Part shown: piece after piece, positions 25,108-39,111 of the stretch
How positions within the stretch are numbered: position 1 is the stretch's first letter
Layout of the letters: every line of letters begins with the position of its first letter
Source: Paraphysomonas bandaiensis
Taxonomy: Eukaryota; Protista; Chrysophyceae
Direction: 5' to 3'
Length of the DNA stretch: 64,000 bases
NCBI GenBank assembly: GCA_965644295.1
Contig: CBFFRP010000432.1
Coordinates: 372,001 to 436,000 of the forward strand
Notes under the pieces: generated by a model
What the model saw: only the letters and a program-made list of their open reading frames with translations
Told to the model about the DNA's origin: nothing
The model's database searches: none
Translations under genes and position numbers: made by a program

Positions 25108-28059
25108 ATGGGCTGCGTTTCAACAAAAAATCTTGAGGCAACCTGGGAGGAGACTGTGGATGTAGAGGCACGTAAACATTTAGCTTCATCACTTAAGAAA
25201 CCAGAGCCATGTATACTCGATCCTAATGATTACAAAATCCTTAAGTTTATTCAACAAGGAGGGATGGGGAAGGTTTACTCTGCTCGTCATAGAACAAGTG
25301 GAGAAATTGTTGCATGTAAGTTTTTTGGATATACACAAAAACGACCAAGCGATGCGAGTATACAGTATGAAATTGATATTATGCTGGCTTTAGATGGGAT
25401 AGATGGGGTAGTAGGTATGAAAGGTATATTCATGGATAGTCCAGAGGGATACATAGATAATAAACGACATTGTGGTCAGTATCCAGTCATTGTTATGGAC
25501 TACCTATCAGGCGGTGATTTGTTCGATAGAATTCACTATAAATCAACTGTATCTGAAAAAGATTTGGCAAAAATATTTCGACAGGTGATTACTGCATTAG
25601 ATAGTGTGCATAGTCGACGGTTTATTCATCGCGACTTAAAGCTGGAGAACATTATGATGGTGTCCAAGAGCGACGATTCATCAGTGAAGTTGATAGACTT
25701 TGGTATGATGATGAAGTTAGAAGAAGGAGCCAACACTGGTACTTGTGATACTATATTTGGTACTGCGGGATATATAGCACCAGAGACTCTCCAAAGACGC
25801 CAATACTCATTTGAGAGTGATATTTGGCAGGCGGGATGTTGTTTGTACTCCTTGCTAAGTGGGTATTTCCCTTTTCACCCAGAATACCCAAAACAAATAG
25901 TGTCTGGAAACTATTTTCCAATGACGGGAGAGGGCTGGGATAGCATATCTGATACGGCTAAGGATTTGGTTCGCCGTATTCTTGTACCTATCCCTGAGCA
26001 ACGTCCTACCACAGGAGCCATTCTGTCCCACCCGTGGCTAGTGGATGAAGTGCCCAATAAAGATCTGGGTGTTGATTACTTTACTCGTATTAAGAATCTT
26101 GCACTGCGTCAGAAACTAAAGAAATTTTTTATTGAAAACGATATTGAAGCTCGCCACAAGGAAAGACGAGAGCACTTGAGTCAACTGGTGCCTTACCTCG
26201 GGCGACCTCGAGGAACATCACTCCGCAGGGGCGATGTGGACCCCTCCGTTCCTCTCACTGAACAAGAGAGAGAGGATGAGGAGTTCGGAGATAAGATAAA
26301 AACTTTTCATGGTCGTGTGGTGAAGTCACTTGCGTCGTCTACCTCTGGCGAGGTAGCGGGTGATGAGTATCTTATTCCGCGAGGAAAGATCGACTTTGAA
26401 ACTTTCACAAAAGTGCTCAATGAAGCAGGCCTATCTGAATTAGCGAGCGAGAGAGTGTTTGCTATATTCGATATGGATAGCTCAGGTAGTGTTCGTGCTA
26501 GCATTAATTTATACCTATAATGTGTACATATTTTTCTAAGGTGGCGTTGACCTTAAAGAGTTTCTAATCACTATGCTCGCTTTCCGACCAATAGAAAATG
26601 AAGAAAGCGAAGCAGTTGTGACGGATGCGTCTTCAAAATCGGATAATGATACGTTGGAGACTATTCGACTGTATTTCAACGTGTTTGTGAGTATAATTAC
26701 GTATCATGACATGTTTTTGTAATCATTTATTAGGATATTAACCAAACGGGCTATATTGACCTGGAGGAACTCAAGCTTGCGGTAGGATGCCTGCTGTTGG
26801 ATGAATCGAATCCTCTCTATGCCCAGCCCCCTGCAATGGTTCATCGCCAGGCATCTGCCGTTCATCCTGCCAGTCTTTCTAATGTGGAAGACCTTTTTGC
26901 CGTGATGGATGTGTCGAAAGACGGAAGAGTGGACTTTGATGAATTTAAATCATTTTATACCGCAGTCATGGCCGCATCTACTTCGCGGAACTTCCAATTC
27001 TCCTCTGTCTCCTCTAATAGTACTATAGATTCTGCTAAGCTGAAGCAAGGATCTAGTTACTATGTGTCATCCGATAGCCACTCAGTAATTCCTGGGTCGG
27101 ATAGCAGCGCTGTATTCCCTGATTTAAAGGACAGTGACAGTCGTGCAGCCTTAGATGTAGATGACAGCAGCGGTAGTGTGAAATACTCCCTCGCATCTAC
27201 TGCTTCAACGAACTCACCATTGGAGGAAAAGAGCGACATTCCAGGTATTGTGCAGGTACTTCCTGCCATTTCCGAAGGAATACAGCTGGAAGGAGAAATG
27301 TCGGGGGAAAGTACAACACCTCCGCGCGAGTCAAGCGATGATATATTGCGAACTGATAATGATGAGGATAAACTTGACAGTGGCACGACAGTCAAGTCGA
27401 CAAATGTGGACTCAGATGTGGAGTCCAAGCTATCTACTTTCCCTGCTGTTGACGAGCAACTCTCTGAAAATGATGCCGACCGTTTGGTCGTGTCTCCACC
27501 TGATGCAACTACAGCGAGTACGCATAGTCCAGGTGATAAGGAAACATCCAATTCGATCGCAGCGAAAGATAAATTGGAGCCTGCTAACACGAATATCAGT
27601 TCTGGACTTGCATCTCGTATTGCTGTTCTGGATACCAGCAAGATAGGTCTCCCGGGTGTACCCCCTAAATCTTCAAAAACAGATGATAGTGGTGATAAAG
27701 TCTCAACCGGCCAGCCATCTACCGCTGAACATAGGTCTCAAGGCAATCTTCTGTCGACTCACCAATCCCCATCGTTTAAAAAGAACGTCAGTTCTGGTCT
27801 TGCATCACGAATGGCGTCACTTGATCCTAATAAAATCATATTACCTGGAATGGTTCCACCGCCGCATTTGGGAAAAAGTACTTCTGCTGTTTCAAAATTG
27901 GCTACTATGAAGAGCGATGGTGATAGCGCGGGTGGAGCAATAAGAAATGTTACTTTAAATCGAGTCACTCTAGACTGCAGCAAGAAGCGTCATAAAAAAC
28001 GAGTCAAGAATATTAAAGATGCCGATTTCTGTACTGAATCTGTCGTGGATGCGATATGA
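25108..28059 (+). CDS. Calcium-dependent protein kinase (kinase + EF-hands) with long low-complexity tail
   Basis: MGC acylation start; GGMGKV, HRDLKLEN, DFG, APE kinase motifs; EF loops DMDSSGGVDLKE, DINQTGYIDLEE, DVSKDGRVDFDE across two introns. Confidence 0.88.
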
Positions 28060-28787
28060 TGACGACAAAAATATATATTATTGCTAGTACTATAGCTGCT
28101 ATGAACATCACACTTCATAACCTGAATTATTATATCTTTTCTTCATGCTGCCGTTACCTGTCACACAAATGGCAGCAATATGATGCAGATATGTGCCACG
28201 CAAGGCTTCTACCTAGTGGACCTATGTTGTTTTTGGATGAGATGTAACTAGTTCTGTAAATATATGATAACTATTTCATCTGAACAAGATAAATGCATCA
28301 ACACCTATTCTTTGTGTTTTCTTTGCCCTGCTTACTATGAAATGAGCCCCATTTCGTCTCGAGAAATTCTATTGATTCAATAGAACACTCATTCTGCCAG
28401 TGGGATATTATAAGCCCATATTAAAACGATAGTATACAAGCAATGACAGTTCAAGTTCTTTGAAACCTTTTCGATTTAAGAAAATGACATTTTCATTTCA
28501 CGATTTTACCTTGCAAAAGAGAGTATCGTCCCTTATCAAAAGGAGACTTCATGAGGTTGATCTCGTCTAGCAAAGACGAATTCTAATGGTATAATTTAAA
28601 TTATTGCACTATTCACCTTCTTCCTTCATACGCTGCAAGGACTCTACACTTTATGAACAATAACTGCATCAATACAGTGGTAACGTAAGCAAAAGACAAT
28701 GCAGAAACTCTAGCTAGAAGTAAACTTAATCGAAACACAATGCACATCATGAAGAACACAACTAACAATTAGACATCCTGACACAGA

Positions 28788-31700
28788 CTACTTCTTCAAT
28801 GAATCCACAAGAATTTTACTCTGAACGTTTGGTCCGCTCGACGGTCCAGAAGACGCAACAGAGGCTTGTCGACTTGTTTTCTTTATTTGTCTGCACTGTA
28901 TTTCCAGCTGGCGCCTCTCTTCCTGTACAGCCTATATTGTACGTATGAGCTTCACGTACATACGGCACATGAAAATATATACCTTAAGTTTTTCTTTAAG
29001 GAGAGGAATGTCGTTCGAAACAATGTCCGACAATCTCTGGCATTCCGTTTCACTTTCCAGTAACTTGACTTCCATGTTCTGATAGTGACTAGTCTTTTCA
29101 GTTAATTCCGCCACAACTGCACGGAGTTGCTTATTGTTTTCCTCCAGTGTGGCAATAACCTTATCTTGCTCCTGTAGTGATCTCACCGCTGCCCGGGAAG
29201 CTCCTCGCAAACGCGCTACCTCGGCCAGCATTGGAGCACTTTGTTCCACTCTAACTTTATAACGGTTGACTTCGTCCTGACAGGCATCCAATCGTGCTTG
29301 TAAGGCTTTTACCTCACCCACCTTGCGCTCCAAAGACCTCACACTTATAGTAAGATCCCTATTCTCTCTCGTTTTCTGTTGCAAAGCAGCACGTAGCTCG
29401 TCAACCTCTTGTTTGGCTGTCAACCTTCCTTCCCCTTCCACCTCTGCCTCCGAGGCAGCAGATATAAGCTTTGCCACTCGGCTTTCGCATACGTTTAATT
29501 CTTCGCGTAGCTTGGCAGCTTGAGCTGCTTCGGCACGTGCCTCCAACAAATTGCTCCTCAGCTCAGTTACAAGCATTTCAGTTGAATGCAACTTCCGCGC
29601 AACTTGTAGGCGTTCTTCTTCGATATCTCTCTGGTGTTCAATCTGGCCCATTAAATCAGATACTTCAGTCTTACTACTATTGAGTTCCTCCTCCACACGA
29701 TTCAGCTTCTGATGAAGAGCTAAATTGTCCTGTAAGCACATTTTCAATCGCTGCTCAGCATGTTTAGCGGCAATGCCTCTATGTTGTTGTTCCTTGAGAA
29801 CTCTAGCATTGGCAGTTCTTAAGTCCGCAATTTCATCTTTCAACTTCATAACTTGTTCTTCCGATACAGTCAACCCGCTAGTGCCAAAGCCGACCTCCAC
29901 CTTGCCAAAATCTCGCTCTTCTTGTGCTTCCAATAACTCTCGTTCCAGTTGTTTAATACGCCTACCAAGTTCCATATTCTTCGTCTTCATTTTCTTTACT
30001 TCATCCTCTACGTAGCTGACAGTGTGTATGCGGTCTCGTAGCACTTGGACTTCGACAGCTACTGCTGCAGCCCCCTCCTTTTCTCTAGAAACACAACACA
30101 AATTAGCATGAATAAATTATCTGGAGCATATACCTGTGCTCCTGCTCCGCCATCACAGCTACTTCAGCTAATCGCTCGTCGTTAACAAGTTTGTTTAGTT
30201 TCCATTTACCTAGCTCACGCATATCTTCCCCTTTTTTTGACAACTGATGTATATACATCTGAAAGTTACTTAGCCAGCCATACGACACTTCGCGTACCTG
30301 ATCTGATAAACTTTGGGTTGTAGCCTCCATAGCAGCAATGACAGCGGACACCTTGTATCCACAGTAAAACCATAGTAAACATTTGCCCAATATCACTCAC
30401 CTGCATCATCTTTTTCTTAGGGGAGGAAGGTTCGTCGACACTAATGGTTACTTTCCCTTTTTTGGCCGGTTTCCGAATTCTTGTACTAGGGCTAACAAAG
30501 CACTCAGGGGAATTAGGGTTGTCATTCTCGACCCCTTTCTTCTTCTGACCTTCGCTATCCGGTTTTGATGATAAATCGGCGTCTTGCAACGGTAAGAGTG
30601 CGCTGGGCGTTGTGAGGAGAGATCCCACCAACATATTATCCATTCCACGAGATGACACAAGCACTCTCAATTCCTGCGCGGTCCCCATTATATCTTCAAA
30701 GGTGGCAACCTCAGGTATTACAACGTCTGGTACTTTAGATGCTGTGACTGCTCCAGGATCTCCGTCGTTGTCGTAGTTCTTAGTAGGGTCATTTTCTCCA
30801 GCCACGGGAGAAACCATGTCGTCTTCCATACTTTGTACTTGCATTTGTATTAACTCCAAAACTTCCAGGCGCATAAGAGTACGACGTAGCTTATCCTAAA
30901 GATGTTCATTAGCGACAAGATATACTTACATGAATTGCGCTTACTTGCGTCTCCATCAGTTCCTGAGACAGTTCAGCTTCGACAGTTGCAGTACTCTCTG
31001 CACCTGAGGAAGCGCGAGCCGCGACGCTTGCCCCACGTGCGGATTCATCAATAGCGTCACCAATGTGCTGCATTTCATTCATAAGTAACGATGCGCGGTA
31101 ACCCATGCTCCCTGGGATAGCTATTATTACTTGAACAACACAAGGCACATGCTGTGTCTACCTGTGTAGCTCAGTCGTTGCGTGGGATTCAGAACATCGA
31201 ATGAGTCGCGGCGCAAACCCATTGGACCTCCACCAATCATACTCATTGCACGCATACCTCGAGACATCTGGCTGAACGAATCGCTCCGAGATCTGTACAA
31301 GCCAAAATCTTCGCCTATATCCTCACAAGTCCCTCCATTGGCTACCACGAAAAAAAAGTCGATGGCCTTCAGGGCAGAATGTAGCAATGCTAACTGTCTT
31401 CGGTCCAATGATGAATCTATTAGCTCATCAACGTTATAGCTCTGCATATGCTTCATATCGGGAGAGCCGAAGCCCATAGATAAACCCTGTCAACGTAACC
31501 GATAAGTCTAACATATATTCACAGCAAACATGTAGAGAATTTCGTCATTGACGAATTTTATCCTTCGGATCACTTACAGGAGGTACACGATATGAATCTT
31601 GAAATGGACTTCGCGAACCCGAGAATTGCGCGATTCCATCTCCTCGTAATCCCTCCCTCGAAAACCGCCCCTCCCCCCTCCGACTCTCTTGATTGGTTGC

Positions 31701-33115
31701 CAGTATACTGCTACTGCGTCTGGCCTACACAAACCACGCATACATGTTATCAAATCAATAAAAATAACACTTTATAACTACTACGGGGATACTTATTTAT
31801 TATATTGAAAAACAATAACACTAGCTGACAAACAAATAAAAATACTCTTACTCAAAAGTATAAAAATTTGCTGATCTGAATACCTGAGCTTTAAGCGAGC
31901 TCGCTTGTGTCATTTCAAAAGACATTCGACGAGTAGCAGCGCAGTCAGGTCGCTTTGGCTGCTTCCACACAAGTGACGCAGACCCCCTCCTAGAATTACT
32001 TCCTTTCTTCATTGGAGTGGAATCGCCATCGTCGTCGTCGTAATCTTCTTCGAGACCTGAGTCAACCAAAAAATATACAACGTGTATCAGAGAGATGTGA
32101 AAAAAACTTAGAGCACTATCAGTACACTAACACATTTCAATTTTCATAGAAACAAATCCATCATAGACACCTTCCGGTACAATATTAGCTCCACCAGCAT
32201 CCCGCAATGCAGCCTTAATTCTAACGAGAGAAAGATGCAGTTGAAGTTTCAACTCTCTCGATGCGTCCACATACGTATCCTTCAGTATTCTGCATGATTC
32301 ATTAGATATTCACTACATATTATGAAACTAATATTACTTGGCTAAGACAAGTGAGGGAAAATCAGAAATGTTAATATTAGATTTCCGTTTTAGTCGCTGC
32401 TGCAGAAGATAGTACACCGCACGCATTGCCTGATGAAACTTTTCAGGAGGAGTCGGGACAGAAGCCGAGCTGGTGTACGACGAATCAATATCGTTCATAG
32501 TAAAGGCACCTTCCAGCTGAGGATTGGAAATTGAAGCCAGCAAGTCAGATGCGCTATACTATAACATTAGTGCACCACATGTACTAGCTGCGAAACATAC
32601 CTCGAAAGACCAGATGAAATCACATCATTTGCAAGATCCTGAATATTAACAATATAACCACAATACGCACTTACAAACAAAACAAATATCTCAATACATA
32701 CCTCAAAGAAAGACATGTCATTTTTCTGAAAACGAACAACAAGAGCAGTGGCAAACTCTTCTAATTTGACTCGACCTTTCCCAGTTGCATCGAAACTACG
32801 AAAAGCATCCTACGCATACAATATCACGCGAAATCAACCATAAATATCAAACCTACCATTACAGAAAAGCTAGAGCTATGATCAAGATTCAGTCCTAAGT
32901 CTGTGCTGACTCTCTTTCCTCTTTCAGTTAAATCCTACGAGAATATTATGACATACACAGAGAATCATATGATTGACCTTAAGGGTAAAGTATCCATCAT
33001 TCTCTACATCTAAGTACTCAAAGCATGCTTTAACACGCTGTGCATATCCAATCAGAAGCCCAGTTGACATAAGTTTCTCAAGACGCTTACAGCGCCGTGC
33101 ATTTTGTCTGTTCAT
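28788..33115 (-). CDS. Large multi-exon coiled-coil protein with N-terminal EF-hand-like loops; start uncertain
   Basis: Series of minus-strand ORFs separated by ~50-nt introns. DVENDGYFTL and FDATGKGRV EF-like loops, long heptad-rich exon 28932-30101, stop at 28788. Confidence 0.65.
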
Positions 33116-33725
33116 GAGTATATTCCGATATACAGTCAGTATATACAGTCAATCCTCATAGTATTCACATATGAAACATATCAGAGATGTGATGAACTTC
33201 TGTACTACTTCTCTATTCTTCTTAATCACTTCCCTCTGATCATACTACAGAAATCGAAACAAGTGGAAGTAATTTATATGACTTGTAACGAGATCGAGAG
33301 AGAGATGTGTGTATATATACATACAGCAGTAGCATGTACAGCCTTTTACTGTACTGTGGATATAAGCTTTAGGAACTGATTTTCAAATTATATAAATTGA
33401 TTTTTCGTCTAAAATCCATGATATTTCGAGCACATCTCAAAAAATTCAGATATAATGAGAAAAAAAAAACTATTAGTACAATAGAAAGCACGAGCAGCAG
33501 CAGTAGATGGTCTATCTTCAATACAAACATACACAGCAGCAGCATACATGGCATACTACTGGAGGAACTCACCCACCTCTGCTCTATACAGCAGTGCGTG
33601 TGTGTAGGTATATATGAACATGTGGTGCGTATACAACACAACACAATTTTCCAGATGGATTTCATAGACATCACATTAACTTCACCTCTCAACTCACTAT
33701 AATTACAACACACTCTTCATTTATC

Positions 33726-36624
33726 ATGCCAGGAGATAACGCTTACAGTCGAACTGATCGTTCATCATATTCTAATCCTTCAGAGATTCTTTCTACTGTA
33801 ATTCATTTGGATTGGACACTTGATTTTGATACCAAACAAATATATGGGAGTGTTACACATGGTGTTGTGGTTGTTATTGATGGATCTGATACTGTGAAGT
33901 TTGATTCTTCAAGTCTCACGATTTCGTCTGTTGAGATTAACTCCACTAAAGTTGGGTTCAAGACTGGTGTTACCTCAACGGCTCTGGGAACATGTATTGA
34001 AGTGCCTATTCCTGAGTCACTGCGTGCTGTAGGGACGGAGTTTGAAGTAAAATTCAATTATTCTACCAGCCCAACAGCATCCGCAGTGCAATGGTTGTCG
34101 GCTAAGACAACTAGTAGTGGAAAGTTTGTACGTGATTTCTTACGATTATGATCTAAACCTGATTTATTCTGTTTAGCCGTTTGTGTTTACTCAGTGCCAA
34201 GCTATTCATGCTAGAAGCCTAATGCCATGCCAAGATACACCTGGTGTGAAGACAACGTACACTGCCACTGTCAGGTATTTTTGCTCACTCTGGTCACATG
34301 TCTAGTTTTCCAGTGGCACACTATATCTCCACGTTACCGTGATCGTGCGATTTGTATGCCATTGCCAACCGAAGGTCTAATAACAATTCCTGTGTTAGGG
34401 CACCTGAGTGGTGTGTAGTCCTTATGAGTGCACTTGAGGACCCTATTAGTAAGGCCAAGGCCAAACCTGGTGAATTCCACTGGAGACAACCGGTTCCCAT
34501 CCCAGCCTACTTAGGTATGTTCTACTCTTTTTTCCTGTTATGTTGAGTTTATAATTGTGTTTAATACATAAATTGTTACATTTGTGGAATATATTTGCCA
34601 GACGATGCGATGTGTCATAACCATTGTAAACAGTCGCTCTGGCAGCTGGTGAGTTGGAGAGCCGTGAAATCTCGAAACGAGTCAAGGTGAAACACTCTCC
34701 AAATGCGTTATGTGACACCATTTCTCTGAATGCTTTAATATATATGATGGTATCTGTAGGTATGGGCTGAGCCCAGTGTGGTAGACAAAGCTGCTTTCGA
34801 GTTTTCAGAGACCGAGGAGTTTTTACAAGCTGCTGAGAGCCTCACCTGTCCTTACCCATGGACTCGATATGACGTCTTATGTTTGCCCCCATCATTTCCC
34901 TATGGTGGCATGGAAAATCCATGCTTGACATTTGCGACGCCAACCCTCCTCGCTGGAGGTGTGTGATCATATACCTGCTGTATTTCATACGTATATGCAG
35001 TCAATCGACATCATTGAAGTAAATTTTTAGATGATATATCTGCCGTGATTTCTGCTACTTATCATTGCGAAATGACTTAACGAAAACGTAATTTTGTGTA
35101 TCTAGATAAGTCTCTTGCGGATGTTATTGCCCATGAGATTGCACACAGTTGGACGGGGAATCTCGTCACCAACTGCACATGGGAGCACTTTTGGCTCAAC
35201 GAGGGGTGGACAGTTTGGCTTGAACGCAAGATTATGTCGAGGTATGTGCTCAGTATTGACAAATATGATCGCTTATTTTCAAATGATAGAGTGAAAGGTG
35301 ATGTGGCGCACTTGAAGCTTTCAGCTCAGATTGGATGGAACCACTTAAGGGACTCGGTTGCACAGTTAGGGGGTGAGACTGGGCGATTCACCAGACTTGT
35401 TTGGCCACTAGAAGGTGAAGATCCGGATGACGCATTCAGCAGTGTTCCTTACGAGAAGGTAACGCCACATTTGTAGTGTCGCTGTATATATTGTCACAAT
35501 GTAAATCTATTCCTCACTTCAGTATAAATCCTAATGCATATCCATAATTCAACGTATTATACTCACATGTGTTGTACATCTAGGGTTTCAATCTTCTCTG
35601 GTACTTGGAGTCACTTGTCGGAACCCCTGCGTTTGAGGAGTTCGCCAAGAATTATATTGATAAGTTTAAATTCGGCGGTGTTTCTAGTGGGGAGTTTAAA
35701 GATATGTTCATGTCCACTTTCGCTGGACACTCTCTACGCGTCGATTCTCTTAACTGGGATGAGTTGTTTTACTCAACAGGTGATGCGTACATTTTTGCTA
35801 TGTTCAGAAAACGAGTTATAGTAGTGTTGCTTTGATGTAGGAATGCCTACACCCACCCCTGACTTCTCGAACCCGCTCTCCGACAGTGCCTTACGTCTTG
35901 CCGACCGCTGGATAGCCACACCCAAGGATGGGAACGCCGGTGCATCTGGTGCGGGGCCAACCGATATTGAGGGCTGGTCATCTCAGCAGAAGTGTGTCTT
36001 CCTTGAGAAGCTCATTCTTCATGCCCAGGAGGTAGCGCCATTCTCCCTAGCCGTACTGGAAGCCATGGATCTCGCATATGGTCTGACGTCTTCCAATAAT
36101 GCAGAGATCAAATTCAGATGGCAGTCTCTGTGTTTGGAGAGTGAAGCACCATGGATCGTTCCGCATATTGTTGCATTTGTAAAGGCTCAGGTTGCCATGG
36201 TTAACGACGTTATGTTTTATGTGTAATATATGTCTAGGGGAGAATGAAATTCGTGCGACCCTTGTACAGAGCCCTTCATAAGTCTGCTGTTGGTTGTGGA
36301 ATGGCAAAGCAGACTTTCATCGAGAACAATGAAATGTAATACTTTTATTGCGTGATATGAGTCATTGTTAATTGTGTATATAACTCTAGATACCACCCAA
36401 TAGCTCGCAAAATGGTTGCGGCAGATCTTGGATTGGATTTAAATGAGTTGGGTAAGACAAAGCAATGGAAAGATATCCCTCCGGCTAGTAGCTCTACTCC
36501 TGCACGACCTAATCCAAATGCCACACAATCCCAGCCCGAAGATAGTATGGGATGGGCTGTGCCAGTCGCAGTTGCAGCAGGAGTAGCGGCCGTGGCGATT
36601 CTTTTCCTTAAGTTCAGGCGCTAA
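33726..36624 (+). CDS. LTA4H: Leukotriene A4 hydrolase-like M1 aminopeptidase with C-terminal hydrophobic tail, multi-exon
   Basis: [68 protein letters not shown]. Confidence 0.93.
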
Positions 36625-37035
36625 GGTCCACGCCATAGATTGTGTGAGTTACATATCTGATATCTGACACAGTTGTTTGATAAGATGGTGCAATATGTGC
36701 ATTGTATTTCGCTACTGTTAGTTCTTTTTGAGCACATTAATTAAAAAAATATACGAGAAAAGCGTTTATGTCGATAAGTTCTCGAAACAAATGTATTCGT
36801 TACCATTGTTTTTTCTTCTTTATGTTACTGGAAATACCACACCAACGTAGAAATACCTACTGAAGTTGTAACTACTGTTACTGATACCACCTGGTTTATT
36901 CTCACCGTATTCAGTATTCATATTTCTCATGTTTTGAGCATATGTAGCACGGAGTTTGTTCGAAAACGTTCCGCGACCTCGATTAATTAATTGACATTAA
37001 CACCGTCACCAGTCACATTATTTACAAATTATTAC

Positions 37036-38427
37036 TTATCCATCCACCATATCATTATCTATCATTGGCAACTCTAAAATCGGGTCATTAATCACCCTTA
37101 TACCCTCTTTCGCGATAGAGTTATCCGGGTCTCTCGACAAAACACTTTCGTAGTCTAACAGCGCACGGTTCCACCTTCGAACACAACACAACGCTCGTGC
37201 TCTACAATACAAAAAATTAATACTACAAAGCCACAAAAGTACCAACGATATCAGGTATTAAATTTAATATGAAGGTGGATACTGTTGTCTATACAAAAGT
37301 AAAGTAGTTAGGAATGTACATACCGTAACAAGAGCACCATATCCAGCTCTGGCTGGAACTTTAAAATAGTGTTAAAATCTTCGATGGCCGCAGTAAAGTC
37401 CTGTTGGCAGCAGTATATCAGAGCCCGATGAAGAATCTACAAGAGTGTATATACATTAGATACATTATGTCAGAGTCCGATGAAGAATCTACATGAGTGT
37501 ATATATATTAGAAACATTGGTAATTTCAGAGTACCAGAATTAGCCAGTCAGTTGAAAATACAGTGATATTACATGTAAAATACCATATTTAAATCTTCGG
37601 GATAATCATCAACGATGCCCGTCATGACCTCTATTCCATCATCGTAATTTGGGGGGGACAGCTTTGCCGCCACATAGGCTCTGAGTCGCCTACTATCGAT
37701 TCGTGTGTCCCCGAGTATAGATAGCAGGTTCAACTCGTCAAATGCATCCAGATAACGGTTTAGCTTGATGTAGCAATTCGCCATTATAAATCGGGCATCA
37801 GCTTCCATTGACGGTGTTGCTACACTTTTCAATTAGATACAAATAGAACAATATAAATGTCAAACATTATAATACACGACTACAACATGGGTGACAGTCA
37901 CAAACATGCTACATTTCTACGACATTCGTGATAAAAAAAACGTATACAGAACAGCGCAACTTACATAATGCCAGCTTTGCCGACACAGCGGACTGCTCAA
38001 ACTCCTCCAATTTATACAACACTTTTGCTTTTACAATGTACAGCTCTCCATTCATTTCATCAACCATCCCCAGAATCTCCAAGGTCTTGTCACGGTCACC
38101 TGATCGAAACGCTTCAATCGCTTTGCTCTTTGCCTCTCTCTGCATTTTCTTTAGCTCCAGATCTTTTCGAATCGATTTAAAGTAACGTCGACCTAACATA
38201 CCACGATAAGCTGCTTTGACAGTAGTCGCAGCCCAAGTCCATCGTTCGAATCGTCTCTCCCAGCGCCATTCCAACCGCCTTAAAAACCGCTCCTCTCTAC
38301 CAGTGGTAGCTAATCTATGCCGATATATACCAGAAGGAGTTAATTGTTCACTAATCTCTTTTAATGTGAGCTTATAGCTGTCATTAGGAGCCCATATCTT
38401 TGTAGATGGAGGGACATAACCGGACAT
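37036..38427 (-). CDS. IQ-motif plus TPR-repeat protein, multi-exon
   Basis: IQ motif AATTVKAAYRGMLGRRYF; TPR-like helices (ARFIMANCYIKLNRYLDA, RARALCCVRRWNRALLDY). Confidence 0.7.
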
Positions 38428-38865
38428 GACTATAGTAACGAACTATACGAATAAGTGACTATAGAATACACACTGGCACACAATTAAATGGCTATATTGA
38501 AAGGCAAAGTAGTAAATTCATTCGATTGATTCCTATGTGGTTTATCTATTAGTTTAATGAAAGACACGTGATGGACTCTCATACAATACACACACATACA
38601 GCAGTATCTACTGACTATATGACTCACCCACTGCTCGTTTATATACAGCACTGGAGTGGTGGATACCTGAAAACTGCCAATGAAACAAGGGGTTTTCAGG
38701 AATATGTACAGTAGAGTATGTGAAAATACAAGGTATGTAAAATAAAACCTCTGTATTTTACCGTTGGAATAAAATCACATGAAAATTTAGTCTAATTTCG
38801 GCATTTTTTTTAGTCTACTGAAAGCACCCCCTACTTTTTTGTATTCTGCTGCCCCTACGATACTC

Positions 38866-39028
38866 TGTATGTATGTATGTATGTATGTATGTATGTATGT
38901 ATGTATGTATGTATGTATGTATGTATGTATGTATGTATGTATGTATGTATGTATGTATGTATGTATGTATGTATGTATGTATGTATGTATGTATGTATGT
39001 ATGTATGTATGTATGTATGTATGTATGT
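38866..39028 (+). repeat. (TATG)n microsatellite, ~40 units, between divergent genes
   Basis: Seen directly. Confidence 0.99.
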
Positions 39029-39111
39029 TTGTGTGATTTGTGGGATGATTGCCATTTAAACACAAGCAACTGCACATTCAAACCACTATAACTTATCAAT
39101 CATATTCCCGC

